A DNA stretch of 32,000 nucleotides from an uncultured Actinomycetota bacterium (GTDB lineage: Bacteria; Actinomycetota; Actinomycetes; Mycobacteriales; Mycobacteriaceae), in the NCBI GenBank assembly GCA_963809285.1, contig CAWEIY010000002.1:494033-526032 (forward strand), given 5' to 3'. Both the position numbers and the translations under genes were made by a program. Below the pieces are notes generated by a model. The model made no database searches and was not told the origin of the DNA. It saw nothing but the letters and a program-made list of their open reading frames with translations. Below, one piece after another: positions 25,536-32,000 of the stretch. How positions within the stretch are numbered: the stretch's first letter is position 1; each line of letters begins with the position of its first letter.

Positions 25536-26690
25536 TCACTCCCCCTGGGCGTATCGCTTCGCGAACATCCGCCTTCGGGCGAAGGGCGACAGCACCGCCT
25601 CGTAGTGGCCGAGCAGTTCGTCGCAGATGACCGGCCAGCTGCGGCCGAGCACACTGCGCCGGGCTGCGGGCGCATAGCGGTGTCGTTCCGCGAGCAGGTG
25701 CGCGACAGATTCGGGCAGCCGGGCCTCGAACTCGTTGACGGGCAGCAGGAGTCCGGTGCGATACGGAGCCACCAGGTCGCGCGGTCCGCCGGCGTCGGGG
25801 GCGATCACCGGCAGGCCTGATGCCAGCGCTTCTTGCACGACTTGGCAAAACGTCTCGTGCTCACCGGTATGCACGAAGACGTCCATGCTGGCATACGCCG
25901 CGGAGAGCTCCTCGCCGTACAGCGCACCGGTGAAAACCGCTGTGGGCATTGCCGATTGCAGTTTGGACTGGTCTACGCCGTCGCCGACGATGACGAGTTG
26001 CACAGAGTCGTTGGCGGCCAGCGCGATCAGCCGCTCGACGTGCTTCTCCGGCGCCAGCCGGCCCACGAACCCGACGATCGGCTTGCCGTGCGGCGACCAC
26101 CGCTGTCTGAGCGCGTCGCTTCGCGCCGACGGTGCGAACCGCAGCACGTCGACCCCACGCGCCCATCGATGCACCCGCGGGAAACGATGGGCAACAAGGG
26201 ATTCCATCGTCACGCTGGATGGAGCCAGGGTACGGTCGGCGAGGCTGTGTAGGTGGCGGAACCACGCCCACGCCGCCCGCGTCGTCATCGGGATGCCGTA
26301 GCTTGCCGCAAAACCGGGCACGTCGGTTTGGTACACCGCGACAGTCGGCACCCCGAGCCAGCGAGCCGCTTTCACGCCGCCGTAGCCGAGTAGCGCCGGC
26401 GACGCCAAATGCACGACGTCGGGATCGAATCCGCGTAGCACACTGACCATTCGGGGCATGGGCACACCGAGCGGCAAGGTGGTCACTCTCGGGAACATGC
26501 GAGACGGCACCCGGTGCACCCGGATGCCGTCATGAATGCGGTCTGCGCGGGGTTGACCCGGAGGATTGTCGGGCGCGATGACGAGCGCCTCGTGACCGGT
26601 CCGACGCAGATGCTCCAGGACGCGCAGCACTGAGTTGCTGACACCATTGACATTGGGGAGGAATGATTCGGCGACGATTGCAACGCGCAC
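25536..26690 (-). CDS. mgtA: GT4-family glycosyltransferase (mannosyltransferase MgtA/PimB'-like)
   Basis: 384 aa with GTG start ([40 protein letters not shown]). The E(x7)E-type GT4 C-terminal region ([22 protein letters not shown]) is present. It resembles Rv0557. Confidence 0.9.
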   Translation of the reverse strand: MRVAIVAESFLPNVNGVSNSVLRVLEHLRRTGHEALVIAPDNPPGQPRADRIHDGIRVHRVPSRMFPRVTTLPLGVPMPRMVSVLRGFDPDVVHLASPALLGYGGVKAARWLGVPTVAVYQTDVPGFAASYGIPMTTRAAWAWFRHLHSLADRTLAPSSVTMESLVAHRFPRVHRWARGVDVLRFAPSARSDALRQRWSPHGKPIVGFVGRLAPEKHVERLIALAANDSVQLVIVGDGVDQSKLQSAMPTAVFTGALYGEELSAAYASMDVFVHTGEHETFCQVVQEALASGLPVIAPDAGGPRDLVAPYRTGLLLPVNEFEARLPESVAHLLAERHRYAPAARRSVLGRSWPVICDELLGHYEAVLSPFARRRMFAKRYAQGE

Positions 26691-26768
26691 GACACCACTG
26701 TGTCAGCATCGGCTTTCGGCAAGGTTGCCTACGGGCATACGTCGTGCGAAATCTGCTGGTCGCGCGCC

Positions 26769-27296
26769 CTAGGATGCCGGTTGTACCGACCCGCCCCCGG
26801 CCTCGGCCCGACGGTCCAACCACCTGTCCAGCAGCGTCAGGCCGACCAAGGCCAGCGTCGCAACCAGCCACGCCACCACCGCGATGGACCCCGCCGGAAT
26901 GATCGACAACCCGGCGTTACGGTGCTGCACCCGAACCAAGTTCGGGTCGTTTTTGTTGTATTCGACGTATATCCGCATGCCCGTCGACAATTGGGACGGA
27001 TACAGCACACCGAGTTCGGGACGGTAGGTGACGCGTTCGGGTGTGACGAATTCGATGGTGGAGCGCCGCGGCCCGGCGCTGAGCACCTCCGCCTGCGCCA
27101 CCCCCATGTTGTGTCGAATCGCAAGGTCGTCGCGCCAGGCGCCGGCCACCAGCAGCAACGACTGCAGCGTGACCAAACCGGTCAGGATCAAGACCGCAAT
27201 CCGGGCCCACCGCAACACAATCCTGGCCCGTGTCTTCGGCGGTTCGTCGCTGCGGCCATGAATCAGGAGACGCAGCAACACTTTTGGAGATATCAC
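26769..27296 (-). CDS. conserved membrane protein (Rv0556-like)
   Basis: 175 aa with two TM segments. Its GTG start overlaps the menD stop codon (GTGA at 27293-27296). Confidence 0.7.
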   Translation of the reverse strand: MISPKVLLRLLIHGRSDEPPKTRARIVLRWARIAVLILTGLVTLQSLLLVAGAWRDDLAIRHNMGVAQAEVLSAGPRRSTIEFVTPERVTYRPELGVLYPSQLSTGMRIYVEYNKNDPNLVRVQHRNAGLSIIPAGSIAVVAWLVATLALVGLTLLDRWLDRRAEAGGGSVQPAS

Positions 27297-28930
27297 AGAG
27301 CGGCCTTGATGGCGGCATGGAGCTGTCGCAGCGAGGAGCGATCCGCTTTGACCTCCAGCACCCGCATGCCGGGCCCCGGTTCGTCGAGGGCCGCGTTGAG
27401 CTCGTCGACCTCGATCTGCCGGCTCTCAACGTGGTATGCCCGGCACAGCGCACCCACGTCCACGTCGTGCGGGGTCCCGAAGATTCGCGACGACACGTCG
27501 GAGAACCGCGGGTCGCCCTGCTCGAGCAGTTCGAAGATGCCACCGCCGTTGTCGTTGGACACCACGATCGTGAGGCGGCGCGGGATCGGTTCGGTGGGGC
27601 CGATCAGCAGCCCGGAGCTGTCGTGGACGAACGTCAGGTCCCCGATCAGCGCGACGGTGCGAGCCCCGTGGGCCCCCTCAAAAGCCAGAGCCGCCCCGAT
27701 GGCGGTGGACACGGTGCCGTCGATGCCGGCGACCCCGCGGTTGGACCGAACCCGGATGTCGGCCGTGGACAGGCCCACCAGCGCCGCGTCGCGAACCGGG
27801 TTGGACGCCCCGAGCACCAGCTGGTCCCCCGGCCGCAGCGCGTCGGCCACGGCCGCGGCGACGTGCAGCCCGGTGGTCAGGGGGTGCGCCTTGAGTTGAC
27901 CGCGCACCGCCTCATTCGCGTGCCGGTTCATCTCCGCGCAGCGGTGCAGCCACGCCGGGTGGGGCGTCCCGGTGGTGACCGCCCGCGTGCCGGTGGCCTG
28001 CGAGTTGCCCGACACGTCCGGCCAGCGCGGCCCGGTGGTCAGCGCATACACCGGTACCTGGGGGTCGGCCAGCAGCGCCGACACCGGACGGTGCAACGTG
28101 GGCCGGCCGAGCATGATCACCTGCTTCGGGCGCAGCAGCGGCAGCGCCAGCGGGTGCAGCGGATTGGCCGGGGCCGGGGCCGTGGGCTCGGCGACGGTGG
28201 GCAACTGCGCGAGGTTGGGCTGCACGCCCGCGCCGTGTCCGGCGATGACGACCGTGTCGGGCGACAGGTCGATATCGAGCGGCTGGTCGAACGTGACCGG
28301 CGGCGTGTGAGTCCACGGCTTCCCGTCGGGCCGGCCTGCCGGGGTCACGGCACCGTGGGGTTCCGGCTCCGGCACCAAGGGCTCGCGCAGCGGGATGTCG
28401 AACTGCACGGGCCCGGCGTTGGCGGTGCGAGATCCGGTGGCGGCCGCCAACACTCGGCAGGTGGCCGAGCGCCACGTGGCGTTGAACGAATCCATCCGCT
28501 CGGGCGCGTCCTCGGCCAGTCCGAGGCTGATGGTGGCGCGAACCTGGGTGCCGAAGTAGCCCAGCTGCTCCATGGTCTGGTTGGCCCCGGTGCCCAGCAG
28601 TTCGTAGGGCCGGTTGGCCGACAGCACGATCAGGGGCACCCGCGCGTAGTTGGCCTCCACCACCGCCGGACCGAGGTTGGCGACGGCGGTGCCCGACGTC
28701 ATCGCGACACACACCGGCGCGTCCGCGGCGATCGCCAACCCGATGGCCAGATAACCGGCGGTGCGCTCGTCGATGCGAACGTGCAACCGGATCCGGCCGG
28801 ACCGGTCGGCGTCCTGCAGCGCGAATGCCAGCGGCGCATTCCGCGACCCGGGGCAAAGCACCACATCGCGGACGCCGCCGCGGATCATCTCGTCAACGAC
28901 GACGCGGGCCTGTGTCGTCGAGGGGTTCAC
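27293..28930 (-). CDS. menD: SEPHCHC synthase (2-succinyl-5-enolpyruvyl-6-hydroxy-3-cyclohexene-1-carboxylate synthase)
   Basis: 545 aa with GTG start ([37 protein letters not shown]). A ThDP-binding region is present ([12 protein letters not shown]...NDNGGGIF). It closely resembles Mtb MenD (Rv0555). Confidence 0.93.
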   Translation of the reverse strand: MNPSTTQARVVVDEMIRGGVRDVVLCPGSRNAPLAFALQDADRSGRIRLHVRIDERTAGYLAIGLAIAADAPVCVAMTSGTAVANLGPAVVEANYARVPLIVLSANRPYELLGTGANQTMEQLGYFGTQVRATISLGLAEDAPERMDSFNATWRSATCRVLAAATGSRTANAGPVQFDIPLREPLVPEPEPHGAVTPAGRPDGKPWTHTPPVTFDQPLDIDLSPDTVVIAGHGAGVQPNLAQLPTVAEPTAPAPANPLHPLALPLLRPKQVIMLGRPTLHRPVSALLADPQVPVYALTTGPRWPDVSGNSQATGTRAVTTGTPHPAWLHRCAEMNRHANEAVRGQLKAHPLTTGLHVAAAVADALRPGDQLVLGASNPVRDAALVGLSTADIRVRSNRGVAGIDGTVSTAIGAALAFEGAHGARTVALIGDLTFVHDSSGLLIGPTEPIPRRLTIVVSNDNGGGIFELLEQGDPRFSDVSSRIFGTPHDVDVGALCRAYHVESRQIEVDELNAALDEPGPGMRVLEVKADRSSLRQLHAAIKAAL

Positions 28931-28976
28931 TCCTACAGGGTGTCACAGCAGGAGGTCACGGCTGACTATGGATCAA

Positions 28977-29002
28977 CACCAGCCACACCAGCCACACCAG
29001 CC
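28977..29002. repeat. 9-bp tandem repeat (about 2.9 copies) upstream of menD
   Basis: caccagcca caccagcca caccagcc, located 47-72 bp upstream of the menD GTG (read on the minus strand). Confidence 0.9.
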
Positions 29003-29027
29003 GCCGGCGGGTCGGCGATCGATTTCC

Positions 29028-29057
29028 GAAAGCGATAGCGAAAGCGATAGCGCTTTC
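29028..29057. repeat. 12-bp tandem repeat (2 copies) ending in a hairpin; candidate terminator after bpoC
   Basis: gaaagcgatagc appears twice (29028-29051). GAAAGCG-atag-CGCTTTC (29040-29057) forms a 7-bp stem 10 nt downstream of the bpoC stop on the minus strand. Confidence 0.6.
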
Positions 29058-29066
29058 CAAAACAGC

Positions 29067-29855
29067 TCACGCCTTGACGCCGGCAAAGAACTGCAGCACC
29101 GCGGCGTTGACGGCCTGCGGCCGCTCCAAGAACCCGAGATGCCCGGTGTCGGGGACCTGCAGAAAACGACCGTTGGGCATCGCATCGGCGACCTCGCGCC
29201 CCAGGTAGGGCGGCGTCACGATGTCGTCGGAGAAGCCGAGCACCAGCACCGGCGCGGCGATGCTGCGGTAGACGGGCAGCCGGTTGGTGTGCGGAGCGAT
29301 TACCAACTGGCGGCGCAGTCCCGGCGTCTGCTTGGTCGGCCAGGTGGAGAACATCGCGATCCAGTCGGCGACGGCGTTGTCGTCGTTGATCGTCTTGCGC
29401 GAAAAGCTTTCCAGCAGACGAGCCCTCGCGTCGGCTACGGGGGGCAGCTGGATACCGGAGGCGTAGAGCTCGACCTCGGCGTCGTGAAAGAACTGACGGG
29501 CGCGGTCCAGTCGGCCGCGAGTGGCCATCAGCACCGCGGCGCTGACCAGTTCGGGCCGCGACACCATGAGTTCCGCAGCGATGAACGCACCCATCGAGAC
29601 CCCGACGATCCGCGCCGGCGCGGCACCCAGCGACTCGATCAGCTCGGCGGTGTCGGCGACCATCGTCTGCGTCGTGAATCCTTCGGCGTTCTCGGTGGCG
29701 CCGACCCCGCGGTTGTCGAACGTGATGACCCGGTATCCGGCCGCCAAAAACGCGGGAACCTGATGCGGATGCCAGGTGCGTCCGAGGCCGCCGCGGCCGG
29801 CGATGAAAACAACGGGCTCGCCGGCCCCTTGGTCGTCGTAAGCCAGGTTGATCAC
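29067..29855 (-). CDS. bpoC: alpha/beta-fold hydrolase (BpoC-like)
   Basis: A GTG start at 29855 gives 262 aa (VINLAYDDQGAGEPVVFIAGRGG...). The nucleophile elbow GVSMG is present. It is collinear with Mtb Rv0554 as I recall it. The 597-aa track ORF is an artefactual extension. Confidence 0.88.
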   Translation of the reverse strand: MINLAYDDQGAGEPVVFIAGRGGLGRTWHPHQVPAFLAAGYRVITFDNRGVGATENAEGFTTQTMVADTAELIESLGAAPARIVGVSMGAFIAAELMVSRPELVSAAVLMATRGRLDRARQFFHDAEVELYASGIQLPPVADARARLLESFSRKTINDDNAVADWIAMFSTWPTKQTPGLRRQLVIAPHTNRLPVYRSIAAPVLVLGFSDDIVTPPYLGREVADAMPNGRFLQVPDTGHLGFLERPQAVNAAVLQFFAGVKA

Positions 29856-30823
29856 CCGCACGACGGTACAAGCAGCGGATAGCACGCCCTGACCCGGTCG
29901 ATCCACCACTGCCGGCGCTCGGGTGGCGCGCCAAGCGCCTGCAGGCGCGCCGGGTCGGGCGTCACCGACCCGACCGGGAGGAAGCCGTCGGTGGGCCCGG
30001 CGACGTCTGCAACGTCTTCGACGAACAGCCCGCCGGTGCCCAGCCCGCAGGCATGACGGAGTTGCGGCAGCGCCGCTGCGGCGGTCAACCCGGCGGCGAT
30101 CCCCACCGCCGAATCGAGCGCGCTGGAGACCACGACCGGGATGTCGATCTGGGCGGCGATCTCCAACAGCGACGAAACCCCGCCCAGCGGAGCGACTTTC
30201 AGCACCGCTATGTCGGCGGCTTGGGCACGGACCACGGCGAGCGGGTCGTCGGCCTTGCGGATGCTTTCGTCGGCCGCGATCGGCACGTCGATCCGCCGGC
30301 GTAGCGCGGCGAGTTCGTCGACCGTGGCGCAGGGCTGTTCGAGGTACTCGAGCGGACCGTCGGCGGTCAGGGCGGCCGCGGCCTGCGCCGCCTCCTCGAC
30401 GCTCCAGCCGCCGTTGGCGTCGACCCGCACGGTCGGTACCAGTTCGCGCGTCGCGTTGACCCGGTCGACGTCGTCGGCGAGCGTCTGCCCGGGTTCGGCG
30501 ACCTTCACCTTGGCCGTGCGGGCCCCCGGAAACCGGGCCAACATCTCGCCCACCCGGGCGGCGGGAACGGCCGGCACGGTGGCGTTGATCGGGATGCGGT
30601 CGCGTCGCACCGCCGGGGGCCCGCGGTAGGCACCCTCGATGCCCGACGCCAGCCAGCGCGCGGCCTCCCGCGGCCCGTATTCGACGAACGCCCCGAACTC
30701 GCCCCACCCCGCCGGCCCCTCGATCAACGCGAGTTCGCGGATGGTGATGCCGCGGAACCGCACCCGCATCGGCAGCGCAACCACGTGCAGGCGGTCCAAA
30801 AGGTCCGCTAGGGCGGGTGTCAC
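29852..30823 (-). CDS. menC: o-succinylbenzoate synthase (enolase superfamily)
   Basis: A GTG start at 30823 gives 323 aa (VTPALADLLDRLHVVALPMRVRFRGITIRELALIEGPAGWGEFG...). The enolase-superfamily metal ligand region (VDANGGW, YLEQP, ADES) is present. It resembles Rv0553. Confidence 0.9.
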   Translation of the reverse strand: MTPALADLLDRLHVVALPMRVRFRGITIRELALIEGPAGWGEFGAFVEYGPREAARWLASGIEGAYRGPPAVRRDRIPINATVPAVPAARVGEMLARFPGARTAKVKVAEPGQTLADDVDRVNATRELVPTVRVDANGGWSVEEAAQAAAALTADGPLEYLEQPCATVDELAALRRRIDVPIAADESIRKADDPLAVVRAQAADIAVLKVAPLGGVSSLLEIAAQIDIPVVVSSALDSAVGIAAGLTAAAALPQLRHACGLGTGGLFVEDVADVAGPTDGFLPVGSVTPDPARLQALGAPPERRQWWIDRVRACYPLLVPSCG

Positions 30824-32000
30824 CGCTGGTAAACCCGGCGGCCCGCCAGAAACGTCGCACGCACCTCCAGATCGGCGATCCGCTCCGGCGGCACCGTTCG
30901 CGGATCGGCCGACAGCACCACCATGTCGGCGTACTTGCCGACCTGCAGTGAGCCGATCACGTCGTCGGTGAACAACTGCCAGGCGGCGTCGATCGTCTGT
31001 GCGCGGATCGCCTGTTCGACCGTCAACCGCTCCTCGGGCGCCAGCACCCGGCCGCTGGGCGCCGTGCGGGTCACGGCCACGCTGATGTTGCGCAGCGGCT
31101 CCTCGGGGGTGACCGGTGGATCGTTGTGCAACGAGATGCGCATACCGGTCGCTACCGCGGATCCCGCTGGCATCCAACGGGATCCGCGCTCCGGCCCGAA
31201 CAGGCCGTCGACGATGATGTCGCCCCAGTAGTGGATCTGGTCGACGAAGATGCTGCAGGTGACGCCGAGGTCGGCGGCGCGCCGGAGTTGGTCGTCGCGG
31301 ATGGCGCCGACGTGTTCGAGACGTAGCCGGTGGTCTGGACGCGGATTGCGGCGCAGCGCTTCCTCATACACGTCGAGGATGGTGTCGACGCCGGCGTCGC
31401 CCTGCACGTGGCAGGCCATCGGCCAGCCCAGCGGGAAGTAGGCGCCGACGATTTCGCTGAGCTGCTCGCGGGTGTAGTTGGCGTGCCCGCAGGAACCCGG
31501 CGGCACCCCGATGGTGCGGGTGGCCGCGGTGTCCAGGTACGGAAAGGACAGGTCGATGTTGCCCACCCACGGCGAGCCGTCCACCCAGATCTTGATGCCG
31601 ACCTGACGCAGCATGTCGTCACCCTCGCCGGGGGTGGCGTCGGTGCGCATCTGCGGATTGGAGACCTCGTAAGTGCGCAGCCGGACGGTCAGTTCGCCCC
31701 GCAGCTGTTCGACCAACGGCCGAAACCCGGGGTCGAAGGCCATCTCCGAGCAGGTGGTCAGGCCGGCGCGGTTGAGCCGGGCACACTCGGCGAGCAGCAT
31801 CGCCGGGTAATCGCCGGGCCGGATGGCCCCGCCCAGCAGGGGAAACACCGCGCCGGTTTCCTCGGCGGTGCCGTCGAGTTCGCCTTGGGCATCGCGACCG
31901 TACTTGGCGCCCTTGGGATCCGGGGTGTCCCGGCTCAGACCACCGCGCCGGGCGGCGTGCGAATTGAAATAGGCCTTGTGCCCCGAGTTGTGGATGATCA
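30820..32000 (-). CDS. metal-dependent amidohydrolase (amidohydrolase-3 / YtcJ-like, Rv0552-like), 5' end outside the window
   Basis: The reading frame stays open from the stop at 30820 to the window edge. I checked all codons from 31849 to 31998 and found no stop. Motifs HVQGDAGVD and LRLEHVGAI are typical of the family. Confidence 0.85.
   Translation of the reverse strand, partial: IIHNSGHKAYFNSHAARRGGLSRDTPDPKGAKYGRDAQGELDGTAEETGAVFPLLGGAIRPGDYPAMLLAECARLNRAGLTTCSEMAFDPGFRPLVEQLRGELTVRLRTYEVSNPQMRTDATPGEGDDMLRQVGIKIWVDGSPWVGNIDLSFPYLDTAATRTIGVPPGSCGHANYTREQLSEIVGAYFPLGWPMACHVQGDAGVDTILDVYEEALRRNPRPDHRLRLEHVGAIRDDQLRRAADLGVTCSIFVDQIHYWGDIIVDGLFGPERGSRWMPAGSAVATGMRISLHNDPPVTPEEPLRNISVAVTRTAPSGRVLAPEERLTVEQAIRAQTIDAAWQLFTDDVIGSLQVGKYADMVVLSADPRTVPPERIADLEVRATFLAGRRVYQR

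Noticed and set aside
26700-29038. 399-aa and 602-aa plus-strand ORFs
   Set aside because: They lie antisense to menD and the Rv0556-like gene. Their Arg/Pro/Gly-rich composition is typical of wrong-frame ORFs in high-GC DNA.
28977-29057. Short tandem repeats as a mini-CRISPR
   Set aside because: The units are 9 and 12 bp, directly abutting, with no spacers. They are far too short.
29067-31177. 597-aa and 441-aa track ORFs for the bpoC and menC frames
   Set aside because: The N-terminal extensions are Arg/Gly-rich junk overlapping the upstream genes. Internal GTG starts reproduce the lengths and N-termini I recall for Rv0554 and Rv0553, and they create GTGA overlaps with the upstream stops.

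Overview
High-GC actinobacterial DNA, almost certainly a slow-growing Mycobacterium chromosome: it carries PE and PE_PGRS genes, and several proteins closely resemble M. tuberculosis proteins. From about 14.6 kb to the end, the window is conserved core. As I recall H37Rv gene order, this part is collinear but inverted relative to Rv0566c-Rv0552: yajQ, a flavin monooxygenase, gpsA, htpX, grcC1, menJ, an Rv0560c-like methyltransferase, a DUF732 protein, menG, mgtA, an Rv0556-like membrane protein, menD, bpoC, menC and an amidohydrolase that runs off the window. Two genes I do not recall at these positions in H37Rv are a SulP transporter and an SDR. The left 14.5 kb is accessory and scarred. It holds a lemA-M48 protease pair, small paralogous ORFs and gene remnants. 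The main finding is a decayed integrative island of about 7.5 kb at tRNA-Tyr. It is bounded by a 59-bp direct repeat of the tRNA 3' half and retains only a C-terminal integrase fragment. The island carries a PE_PGRS protein fused to a PE-PPE serine-hydrolase domain, a second PE gene, a PE::IS481 chimeric remnant, an SDR, and three copies of an ~80-bp hairpin repeat seen nowhere else in the window. No CRISPR array, rRNA or intact prophage is visible. All homology statements come from reading motifs and from memory, not from searches.
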